Shown here: piece by piece, positions 8,094 through 19,100 of the stretch | Position numbering within the stretch: the stretch's first letter is position 1 | Layout: each line of letters starts with the position of its first letter | Virus record (IMG/VR): IMGVR_UViG_3300013936_000011 | Span: 32,001-96,000 of that record | Reading direction: 5' to 3' (one strand) | DNA length: 64,000 bases | DNA from: a virus | Lineage: Duplodnaviria; Caudoviricetes | The notes under the pieces: model-generated | The model's input: the letters and a program-made list of their open reading frames with translations, nothing else | Databases searched by the model: none | Told to the model about the DNA's origin: nothing | Position numbers and translations under genes: made by a program

Positions 8094-10832
8094 ATGGCTA
8101 CGTATTTTAATATAGACGGGTATAATAGCTATTCTGGTTGTGATGCTATAGTTACTGCTCAATTGGCTAATATAGACGAAGATAGCTCTATCAGTAAAAA
8201 CTGTTATATTCTAGGCTCTTTACAAACTCTGAGTACATCTACACATCAAGATAAAGTTCCTGTACGTAATATAGGAAATATTAATGCTGTAGAATATACA
8301 ATGGGGCAAAGAACAATAGCAGGGTCTATGGTATTTGCTGTATTTGACAGACATTTTGCCGATGAAATATTTAATGATTTAAAAGAATATACTAACGATA
8401 CTGTTATATTAGCAGACGAAATACCAGCTCTTAACCTTACAATTACTTTGGCTAATGAGTATGGCTCTAGAAGTAGAATGGCTTTATACGGAGTAAAATT
8501 TGTAGATGAAGGACAAGTATTAAGTATAAACGATTTATATACAGAAAATACATTTCAGTTTGTTGCTGTAGGAATGGATCCATTAACAGCTGAAAAAACA
8601 GAATGGGCTAAAAGCACATCTAAGTCGAAAAAAAATAAAACATATATCTCTAAAGGTAATACACCTTTCCCTTCATATGATGGTAAGAGCTATCCTGGAA
8701 GTAGTGGTAAACCATCAGACGGTGAAGGTAATCCACAAGGTCCTAGCGATATTAATAAATATCAACCTGATGACGATGGGAATAAAGAGCCGTATTATAG
8801 AATAAATCAACCTTTAGCTCCTGGCAATAAAGGAATAATATCTGTCGATTTAAATGATCATCCTGACGTAACAGTTACGATAACAGATATAAACACAAAT
8901 AAATCTTATAATTCAGTTGGAGCCAATTTAAGTAATAATATATGGTATGTAGAATTAAGCGAAGGTAATTACAATATTAAATTCTTTGATAGAAAGAATA
9001 ATAAAGAATTAGGCTCTGAATATTTTAGCATAAACTCGAAATTAGGTAATTTAGAATCATCAAACAATGATTATCCGATTATAGTAAATATGACTCATAA
9101 CAGTGCTGAAATAGAAGCAAATGATTCTAGACATGATGAAGCTGTATTAATCGACAGAACTAATCAAATAGTTTATGATCATATACCTTTAACTAAAAGC
9201 ACCGTAACATTGAATGAAGAAAGTATTGGAACCAATTTAATTAGCGGTAACGTATATGAATTATATACAATCAATTCAAAAGAAGGTTATTCTAGTAAGA
9301 GCAAATCTATTATGTTCTCTCCATTAGAAAGACAAGACTATGATGTTGAATTGTTAGAAGACTACGTTAAATCTAATAAAAAGCTATGGGTCAATGATCT
9401 TAATGAATTCGATTATCATGCTTTATACAATAATGAAGATGATAACAATCTTATAGATAAAGTATTAAACGCGCCTACCGCTACTAGAATGACAAGAAAT
9501 TTTGCAACTTATGCAGCTGCTCCTGTTAATAGAGCTACTCCTACTGATAAAGAAGCGATTAAACAAGAAGTACTTCTATACGCAATTAAGCTACAGAATC
9601 AATTAGCATTAATATACAATAATGCAATAGCAGAAAACTCTATTTATAATAACAATATTCTTAATCTTGACATACAGATAAATGATGCTATAAACAGAAT
9701 CAATCTATATAAGATTAAAGGACACAAAGCTTATTATATGTACTCTGTTAAAGAACAAGACGAAATGAAGTTCTACGGGACTCCTAATGTAAGATATTAT
9801 CTGCAACCTATATTCAATCAATGCAAAGGTATATCTTATAATTACTGTTGCTTCAATAATGATACTAAAGAGGATCTAAATGTTTATAGCGATATAAATA
9901 ATTTATACGCATATGATTTTAATAATTATAAAACTAAATATGCTAAATACTCTAAAGACTTTTTATATGCATTAATTGCTCGTGATAATTTTTATTCTGA
10001 TAAATATATGATAGACGGTCCATATTGTTATTATGAAAACAATATATTATACGCTGATGTTGATTATTCTGAAACATTACAAAAAGGTGACTACTATTTA
10101 TGTATAGCTTCTATATACGAAGTATTAGACCACACTCCTATCAGAAAATATAAGTTTAGTACAGATGATAAACATCTTGAATTAGATAATTACAAGACTT
10201 CAATTACAAAAGATAATTATTATTTGACATGGATAGAGGATAATGAATTTAATAGTATATGCAAACCTACTATTCTTTGTACTTATGAAGACAATTCAGA
10301 TTTAGTAGATTTCGAATCTTCACTTATAAAGAATTACTTAAAGAGCAGAATCGATTCTATTAAAGCACGCTATTCTTATTCTGGAGTACTAGAATCTATT
10401 TACTTGTCTCTTATATCAGAAACATTATCATTTAAAAATACTATGTACAGATTACAACAAGAATTTATTAGTCAATTTGATGAATCATCTTATTTTTTAT
10501 ATCTTGATGAAATATTCTATGATTTAATCAGACAAGATTATGAATCATATAGCTTAGTATGTAGTGTACAGCAAAAAAATAAAGTATTTAATTTTAGTAG
10601 TAATATGGATGATACTCACCTAGTTTTAATAGATTACAAGATAGGAGAAGATTTGCCAACTAAGTCTACGCTTTATGATACAAACACTGTCGACTTAACA
10701 GATAGAAATAGTGATTATACATTAATCTATATGATAGATAAAACTATGGTCTACAGATCAGGCTTCTTACTAATAAATAACGTAACTAATAAAGTTTATA
10801 ATTACAACATGTCTTTGGAGGTGATTAAGTAA
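8094..10832 (+). CDS. Tube-fold protein (tube initiator-like) fused to ~700-aa C-terminal extension
   Basis: First ~165 aa paralogous to tube (SYSGCD, GQRTIAGSMVFAVFDRH, LADEIPALNLTITLANEYG); G/S/P linker; then Tyr/Asn-rich domains. Confidence 0.8.
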   Translation: MATYFNIDGYNSYSGCDAIVTAQLANIDEDSSISKNCYILGSLQTLSTSTHQDKVPVRNIGNINAVEYTMGQRTIAGSMVFAVFDRHFADEIFNDLKEYTNDTVILADEIPALNLTITLANEYGSRSRMALYGVKFVDEGQVLSINDLYTENTFQFVAVGMDPLTAEKTEWAKSTSKSKKNKTYISKGNTPFPSYDGKSYPGSSGKPSDGEGNPQGPSDINKYQPDDDGNKEPYYRINQPLAPGNKGIISVDLNDHPDVTVTITDINTNKSYNSVGANLSNNIWYVELSEGNYNIKFFDRKNNKELGSEYFSINSKLGNLESSNNDYPIIVNMTHNSAEIEANDSRHDEAVLIDRTNQIVYDHIPLTKSTVTLNEESIGTNLISGNVYELYTINSKEGYSSKSKSIMFSPLERQDYDVELLEDYVKSNKKLWVNDLNEFDYHALYNNEDDNNLIDKVLNAPTATRMTRNFATYAAAPVNRATPTDKEAIKQEVLLYAIKLQNQLALIYNNAIAENSIYNNNILNLDIQINDAINRINLYKIKGHKAYYMYSVKEQDEMKFYGTPNVRYYLQPIFNQCKGISYNYCCFNNDTKEDLNVYSDINNLYAYDFNNYKTKYAKYSKDFLYALIARDNFYSDKYMIDGPYCYYENNILYADVDYSETLQKGDYYLCIASIYEVLDHTPIRKYKFSTDDKHLELDNYKTSITKDNYYLTWIEDNEFNSICKPTILCTYEDNSDLVDFESSLIKNYLKSRIDSIKARYSYSGVLESIYLSLISETLSFKNTMYRLQQEFISQFDESSYFLYLDEIFYDLIRQDYESYSLVCSVQQKNKVFNFSSNMDDTHLVLIDYKIGEDLPTKSTLYDTNTVDLTDRNSDYTLIYMIDKTMVYRSGFLLINNVTNKVYNYNMSLEVIK

Positions 10833-11935
10833 TGGCTACTAGAGATTATTATACATACGGTACCAATCTTAGTGATAGAGAGTTTTTCACAACTACCGTT
10901 AACACTCCTTATGGCATTAAAAGATATTTTTCAAATGTTGATTCTGAAATATATTTTGGCAATATATTAATGGAAGATATCTATAAGTTTGATTTCACTG
11001 TAGAAGAAAAGAAGCTGCCTATATATGGCTATAATTGTTTCTATGCAGATATTATAGTTCCTGGTCAAAGATTCGTAAGTGGCTCTTTCGTTCTTAATTA
11101 TACTAATAGTGCGCACATAAATGATGTGCTATCTAAGATTGATGATTCTATTATGAACAAAACAATATTAGAGTCAGAAGTTTATAATCCTGGCGACAAA
11201 GAACGTGATAAGCCATTATGGTCTAAGAACTTTGATATTATGTTAGGATATGGTTATTACAAATCAGATTTACCAACTTATAATGCAAATTGTCAAACCA
11301 TTTGTGGAGTACAAATATCTGGTATGCAAACAGTGCTTGATACTACAGGCCAGCCTATAATGGAAGTATACAGCTTCGTTGCTAAAGACTTTATAGAAGG
11401 TGACGGAACAGGAATGACTCCATCTAAAGACGATAGCACTAAGAAAGATGATAAAAATGACGATAAAGGTTCTACAAGTAAAACTGATTCATCTACTGAT
11501 AAAGTAATATGTGCAGATGCAAATGATAGTGATGATTACAGTAAAAAATATCTTGAATATCAAAAATCTGATGGAAGTGATATAGGTGTAGTTCATAGTA
11601 TATTGTATGCTGATGATGAAAATAGTTATTACTACATTAAAGTCAATATAAAAGATTTCGATGGTAATGTATTAAATATAAGCGACTTCAAACTTATTAT
11701 CGATGACCAGAGAATAGAATCTAATATACAGTTTACTGGTAAACAAGACAATAATGGAATCATATATGTATCTTTATTAGATCATCCTACAATAAGTAAA
11801 TACATAAATGAGATATTATATGATAAAGACGAAACTGATCCTAAAATTGGTTGTACGCTTAAGTATACACTTACGCACAATAAAAAGAAATACGACGTCC
11901 TTTATGAAGGAAATATGTATTTAGCAAAACAATAA
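10832..11935 (+). CDS. Second tube-fold paralogue with C-terminal domain
   Basis: EEKKLPIYGYN...GQRFVSGSFVLNY...FDIMLGYG...EVYSFVAKD matches tube pattern; D/K/S linker then beta-rich domain. Confidence 0.7.
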   Translation: MATRDYYTYGTNLSDREFFTTTVNTPYGIKRYFSNVDSEIYFGNILMEDIYKFDFTVEEKKLPIYGYNCFYADIIVPGQRFVSGSFVLNYTNSAHINDVLSKIDDSIMNKTILESEVYNPGDKERDKPLWSKNFDIMLGYGYYKSDLPTYNANCQTICGVQISGMQTVLDTTGQPIMEVYSFVAKDFIEGDGTGMTPSKDDSTKKDDKNDDKGSTSKTDSSTDKVICADANDSDDYSKKYLEYQKSDGSDIGVVHSILYADDENSYYYIKVNIKDFDGNVLNISDFKLIIDDQRIESNIQFTGKQDNNGIIYVSLLDHPTISKYINEILYDKDETDPKIGCTLKYTLTHNKKKYDVLYEGNMYLAKQ

Positions 11936-11955
11936 AAAATATGGAGGTTATATAA

Positions 11956-12348
11956 ATGAAAGTTAATGAAAAAGCTAAAATTACAGAAGAGGAAATAAAA
12001 GAAGTAGAAGAAATGGATACAGAAGAAATAGCTGTACAAAAAATAATCGATAAATTCAAAAAGCAATATAAAAGAATTTACGAAACAGACGTTGCAGGAG
12101 AAAGAATAATATGGAGACCTATAAAACGTTCTGAATATAGAGAGATAATGGCCTATGAAGATAAAGAATTATCTGACAGAGAAATAGTTTATGTCAGAGA
12201 AGAAATGATGGCTAAGAAAGTTATATTGTATCCTAAAACTGAAGATATAATAGAAGAATTCGCAGGAGTAGCAGAAGTTATAGCTGATGAATGTATGTAC
12301 TATTCAGGATTCATGCCAAATGGAATAAAACCTACAAAACAACTATAA
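11956..12348 (+). CDS. Putative tail assembly chaperone 1
   Basis: 130-aa acidic protein between tube genes and tape-measure locus; IIWRPIKRSEY...VILYP; GGAGG SD. Confidence 0.6.
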   Translation: MKVNEKAKITEEEIKEVEEMDTEEIAVQKIIDKFKKQYKRIYETDVAGERIIWRPIKRSEYREIMAYEDKELSDREIVYVREEMMAKKVILYPKTEDIIEEFAGVAEVIADECMYYSGFMPNGIKPTKQL

Positions 12349-12349
12349 G

Positions 12350-13159
12350 ATGAAAACTAACGGCAAAGACTATAATCAAGTTGCATTTGATGCTATCGTA
12401 GAGAAGTTATCAAACGAATATGATAGCATCATCTACACTGAGATTATGGGTGAAATATTTATTTACCGCCCTATTACTAGATATGAATACAAAAATATAA
12501 TGATGGCTGACGTAGAAGATATTGAGAAGCAAGATTTAATATGTGATACCTGTGTATTGTATCCCGACGATTATGATTGGGATGATTGCATTGGAGGTAT
12601 ACCGAATGAATTGTGTACTGAGATATTAGATAAATCTTGTGTGTCATTAGAAGATATGGGTATTCTATTAGAAATGTATAGGGATGAAATGCATGAACTA
12701 GAAAACCAAATGACATGTATCATAACTAAAGCTTTCCCTGCTTATAAATTAGAAGAAATAGAAAAGATGGATACTATTAAGTTTACTAAACTATTTACAA
12801 GGGCTGAATGGATTTTAGAAAATCTTGATGGTCTAGAAGTCAATACAGATGTAGTTGAAGTTATTAATAATGCTTTAGGCAAATCTAAAAAAGCAGCAAT
12901 TGATGAAAATAAAGAAACTGAAGAAGTTGCTGCTGAAGCTAATGACGAAGAAAATAAAACTGAGCAACCACAGAAATCTAATAGACCAGCTATGTCTCCT
13001 GAACAATACAGACAATATCAGGAATTTTGTAAGAAATTCCCTGAATTTGATATGCGTACTGATTATGCTTTTACTGGTGATACAGGTATGAATGCTAGTA
13101 CTGTTAACCCAGCACAAAGAGTAGGTTGGGGTATATCTGATAGATATTCAAGTAGGTGA
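12350..13159 (+). CDS. Putative tail assembly chaperone 2 (paralogue of upstream gene)
   Basis: FIYRPITRYEY...CVLYP aligns with upstream ORF; extra C-terminal region. Confidence 0.6.
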   Translation: MKTNGKDYNQVAFDAIVEKLSNEYDSIIYTEIMGEIFIYRPITRYEYKNIMMADVEDIEKQDLICDTCVLYPDDYDWDDCIGGIPNELCTEILDKSCVSLEDMGILLEMYRDEMHELENQMTCIITKAFPAYKLEEIEKMDTIKFTKLFTRAEWILENLDGLEVNTDVVEVINNALGKSKKAAIDENKETEEVAAEANDEENKTEQPQKSNRPAMSPEQYRQYQEFCKKFPEFDMRTDYAFTGDTGMNASTVNPAQRVGWGISDRYSSR

Positions 13160-13166
13160 TAATTAA

Positions 13167-16100
13167 ATGGCAAGAAAAAGAAGAGATAAAAAACGTGATC
13201 CTTCAACTCTGGAAAGATTAAGTAAAGTAAGTGTAACTGCTCTGGCTGTTGGTGCTGGAGCAGTTTTTTTAAATCGTAATAAATCTGTTAATAAGTTTTT
13301 GACGGATACAGCCTCTCCTTTACTTAAAAGTACAAAAGGATTCAAAAAAGATTTAATAGGTCGTGATAAGAAAAATCTTATGACTTATTACAGAGCTTAT
13401 CAAAAGAACTTTGGTAAGAACAGATCCAAACTTAGAGATGAAATTAAAAGAAGAAAGATTAGTCCTTTAGCTCTTAACGTAAAGAATTCAAAAGCTGTAC
13501 GTGATGCTTTAGAGCATAAACAATTTGTTTCTAAGACTGGATACAAAGCGTTAGAAAAGAACAAGAGAATTGCTGGTAAGATATTAGCACGACAAGAGCT
13601 TTATAAATATTTCTTACAAAGCGAAAAATACAAACATCTTACTGAAGATAATGCAAGACAAATAGTAAAAAACGTATATGATAAATTAGACGACGAAGCT
13701 ATTGCGAGCAAGATAATAGATGAAATGATACCGAAGACCATGGAAGGTATAGGTATAGAGAAAATAGACTTTAATGAAATATTCACTCTTATCAATGAAG
13801 TTAAAAAGAAAAGTAGTCCAAAGACTAATTCATTAGATCCTTATTTACGAAAGAATAAAGATTTATTCGATAGCTTAAAAGGGCATAGAACTCGTGAAGA
13901 AAGTGCATTTGATAAAGTCGATAAGTTTTTTAAGAAATTCTTAGATGTAGATATAAACTCCGAAAAGTTTATAACAAGTTCTAAGGCTGCAACCATCGGA
14001 GATTTAGAAGATAATTTAGAGAAGTTTGATTTTGAATCTCCTCTGTATGAAAAGATGAATGTTACGGCCAAGAAGCCTTCGACTAGATCTAAACGTAAAG
14101 AGTTTGACTACGATACATTTATCCAAACATTGAAAGATATGTATGGTGAAGAAGACTACAGAAATGTAGTATTGGATCCTTCTATAAGAATAAAAGATGG
14201 AGCCGACGGTCCTGAATTCTTCTCTGTAGAAGAAATGTCAGAGACTATGAAGAATATCAAAAATGGATTTAAAGATACTTTACCTGGTCAAATATTAGCA
14301 AAAGGTTTCGACGATAAACGTGGAATGCCTGACATAGCTATTATACCAGCAGATACTAAATCAGCATTTGCTAGAGCCAGAACATTTGATATAGATGAAG
14401 TAGGTCAAGCATTTAAAGAAGATAGAGAAAGAAATATATCATCAACTCCGTCTTTATATATGGATGGCTATCTATATGATATGAGAGAAAATGCTGACGG
14501 CAAGGTAACTATAGATTTTGATAGCGGTCAAAGAGTTAAAATGGTCAGCGGTTATAAGCGCAGAGTATTAAATGAATTACTAGGTACTACTGATGAATAT
14601 AAACCAGAGGCTTTCCATAGTGAGCTTGCTAAGAAACTTGGATTAGTACAAGATGGTAAGTTCAATCCTATAAATCATCTTATGAGATCACTAACAAAAT
14701 TTGAAGATCCTAACTGGGAATTTAATCAAATTGAATCTATAGAAGGTATTTATTTATCTACTGCATCTCCTGCTGATACTGTAAAAGACATGAGATCTCT
14801 TGGTACAGCTGAGACAGAGATTAGTAAATATAAATCTAGATTGCATAGAAATGAAGAAACAGTGGCTGCATTACTTAATAAGAAGCTTACTGGTATAACA
14901 GATGAAACTATGGAAGCTATCATTGATAGTGGAAATATAACAGAAAAACAAAGAGATATGTTACAAGCTTTGATGGATGGGGACATAACATTTTATATTA
15001 AAGCCGCTGCTTTTGACGAAGCTGGTAACTATAATCTTAAAGATATTAAGAATGATAAGCTTAGAAATATAGTTAATAACTTAATAACTGATACTAAAGC
15101 TACATTAGATTCTACAGAAACATTATATAAAAAGGGTGCAGCGTTACCTATATTAGAACTAGAGTTTGATTCTTCTACTAAACTTAATCTTGAAGGTCAA
15201 TTAAGAATAGAAACAGTTAAAGATATCTTACTTAATAAACAAGGCACAGATGATGCTATGTTTAACTGGATAGACGAATTGAATGTTAATGATATTCCTA
15301 TTACTAGTAAAGACAATGCTATGTTAAAGAGTATGGGTACATTAGCTGTATTCGAAGATAGAACTCATTTAGGTACTATATCTAATTTTACTAGCGCAGT
15401 TAACTCTTTATATGAAAATACTGATTATACCTTAAACACTGAATTAGAGCTTAATCCTCAAATGAAAAATAGATTTGAAAATGATTTAGGCTCCATTAAA
15501 AGTGATTTCGGTTTATTCTCTATAGGATATAATAAAAATCTAAACGAAGAATATGGTACAGACTATACTAAGTATGGATTAATCCATATGTCTAGTGCAT
15601 CTCAAATATTAACATATAATATGAATGAGGGCATTAAGTTTAATGCACAAGCATTAAAAGATACTGTACGTGAACTTAATGCTGGACGTAATGATCCTGA
15701 ACATATAACTGAGCTTACAATAAATCTACAATACTTATTGTCTAGATTAAGCTACAGTGTTGAAGGCGAAGGTCTTGGTTTAAGTGCAAATGATATGGGT
15801 AGTCCCCTTGAAACTGTAAAGAATATAGCACTTAAAAGATTATTGCCTGCAGCCGCTATATATCAAGGTTATAACGTATTAAATTATGAATCACAGAAAT
15901 TGACTGGAACTTCTATACCTGGTGCTTTTGCTAACTCTTTAGCTAACATAGATATAGCAAGTAGAAGATTAATAGAGAATACGCCTTTATACGGTGCATT
16001 AAATTCATTAGCTGAATCTTCTGTAATCCATGAATATTATTTTGGTGATCGTCATTTTAATACAGCTGAAGAAGAGCAAGAATATTATGAAACAGGTTAT

Positions 16101-19100
16101 TCTCCAGTACGTAAAGGTAGATTCTGGAGTTTTGGTTCTGCTTCTGAATACAGAGGTGGAAGTATTACTTATTGGGAACCTAACTATTTAAAGAGAGCTA
16201 ACAGTGATTGGAAAGATGCTGGTATTTATGGAAGTATAGATAATAGATGGGCTCATAGCTGGATACCAACTCCACAACATCCATTAGCTCCTATTAGAAG
16301 ATTACTAGACCCATACTGGCTAGAAAAATATCATTTAAAAGAAAATGACAGACCTTATCCTTTAACTGGTAAAATGTTTACTGAAGGTACAGCCTGGGGT
16401 GCAGTACTTAATCCTACTATTGGACAAATATTAAAACCAGTTAAAATGCTACCTCAAGTTAAACGTCGTTTAGGTAGAGACGGTAGAGATTCTGTAGCTA
16501 TAATAGAAAACTTAAATAACAGAATCAAACAACGTGCTAAAGAAAATGATGACTTAATGGTAGTTAATGGTACAGATATAAGAAATGCTGAGTACGTTCC
16601 ATACGGTAATCCAGATGATGATGAACTTAATGTAACTGTTTCAAATGGACATGCAACTGTACAAGGCATGAATTATATGGACCAAGTTAAGAACATAAGA
16701 GAGTATGAGCCTCCAGATGGAGTGACTTATACAAATGATACTATAGATTATAATAGTGGTACAGTTAGCAGAAAACAACAATACATAGTAAGCAAAGCTG
16801 AAAAATTTGTAGATGAATTGGATAGAAGCAGTTACAATGCTACTAGTATAACTGAAAGTGCTACTAATATAATTAAAAAAGTAAATACAGCAATTAAACG
16901 TAAGAGTAAACATGCTAGACGAATAGATAATTCTACTTTAATGCCAGATAAACGTGAAGGTACTTTTGTATATCGTAACTTAGCAAATGAAAGGCTTAAT
17001 TACGATAATCAATATTACTCAGACCATGAAATTAAAAAGATGGTTGATCGTAGCGTTTATAAAGATTATGCCAGAGATGTTAAGCACAGTATAAAAGACC
17101 TTACTGGTATATATGGATTCCTTGGTGATAAAGCATTTGGTACAGATACATATACTTATCGTTTTGCTAATGCTGGTGAAATGACAAGTTTCAGCCGTGG
17201 ATTCTGGGATTCTAACATTGGTGGTTTAGGTGGAGAATTTATGGAAATCGCTAGACGTTTCTTCCCTAATACTGATAAGTCTAGAGTAAGTTATAATCCA
17301 TTAAGAAATAATATGCCAGATTGGATACCAGATACATATCATTATGGAGACCCTTATGTAGAAATACCTAAAGGCGAAATGAGACTTCCTGGTAAGGGTT
17401 ATGAAGCTATGTATGATTTGCATCCTGACCAATTCGGTAGATATGGTGCATTTGATAGATATAAAATCTTAGCAGATATTGCTCCTAACAGTACTGAATT
17501 TAAGAAATGGAAGAACATAGCTAAGAATACAGTAACGGATCCTAATTTAGTTAAAGAGATGGAAGACATTGGCGTACGTGCATCCAAGATGAGTGGTAAT
17601 CACGAATTCTTTGATTATAAATACATACGCAACAATCTTGAATACAGAAAAGGTAGAGTTCAAGGAATAAGCAATGGCCAAGTCGTATTAGCTGGCGGTG
17701 AAACATTAACATTAGCTGGACTTAACGTAAATGACCAAACTACTGAAGCATTAAAAGAATACTTAAAACCTGGACAAAAGATTACATATCGTACATATAA
17801 AGACAAGAAGATAGATTTAGAAAATACTCAAAGAATAACAGAAGCTGTAGTATATAGTGGCTCATCAAATATAAATGAGAGATTATTAAACGAAGGATAT
17901 GCTGAAAAGAACAAAGAAGATAATTCGGCTCTTGGTATAGCTGGTACACAATCTGGTCATCAAGAAGTTATGGGCGGTCTTCAAGAAGTTATAGCACATG
18001 CTCCTTTACCATACGTACACAGTAAATTCTTAAAAGTAGAAACTCCTCTTGAATCTTATAAGAATGAATTGTATTATGGACATCCATTTAATACATGGGA
18101 CCATCCTATTAAAGGATTCGTAACTCCTGCATTTAATAAAAATAGCGGTAAGAGTCTTGCAGGTGAAGCAGTAGCATTAGGATATGCTTATCTACACTTT
18201 AGTAAAATAGCAGGTAAAACTAGTAGTAAGTTATTAAGTAACGTTAGCACATTTACTATGGCTACATTAAATCCTGCATCATTCCTTGGTATAGCTTTAG
18301 GTTATGCTACTAGATTAAGTAATGGTAAGATAGAAGGTAATGGCGGAAGCTCTTTAACTAATGCACAAAAAGGAGCAGCTATTACTACTGCTATTAGTGC
18401 TGCTAAATATGGTTGGGATAATGCAGATAATCCTCTTAAAGCAGCTACTACATTTGCATTTGCTGGTAGTGTAATATCTCATAACCTAAAAGGCGTAAAT
18501 GAATTTGCAAGAGAAGCATTTAATAAAGAACTTAATTTCTTGCCTGGTGATTTTAAAGCTGGTGCTAAGATAGGAGCTCTCGTAGGTTTAGGAGTGTCAG
18601 CTATAAAGAACTCTCATTTTGACAAAGACAAAATATTCTCAACTAAATTTGTTCCTAAAGAAACAAAGGAAAGATGGGACATAGATGAATATTATGACAG
18701 AATGGAATATGTTAAATATATGGGATTATACAGAAAAGCAGCTAGAAAAGCTGAATTTTTTGAACATTCTAATATAAGAAGCACATTTAAAGAGTTAGAC
18801 AAGAATAAAGAAAAGATAGCTAAGCTTGATAGAAAAGCTACTAAACTTGCAACTAAGAATTCTACTAATGAAAAGATACAAAGCAAATTAACTGAAATAC
18901 AACAACAAAGACAAGCTCTTGAAGAACAAAACAACATGTTCTTTAAAGGTGGCAAATATACACAATCTGCTGTAGCTTATAAGAAGAAAGCAGAATCTAC
19001 ATTATATGGATTAAGCCCTACATCTACTAAAGATGAGTTACTAGCTGCAGTTCCAGATGAATATAAAGATCACTTCCAAGCATTTATGGACGTTACAGAT

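Noticed and set aside
12310-12352. Programmed -1 frameshift joining the two chaperone genes
   Set aside because: The downstream gene is in the +1 frame and no canonical slippery site precedes the stop.
12900-13091. Alternative-frame plus-strand ORF inside chaperone 2 as a possible frameshift extension
   Set aside because: It is in the +1 frame, and the nearby A-run (TCT AAA AAA GCA) is not an in-frame X XXY YYZ slippery heptamer.
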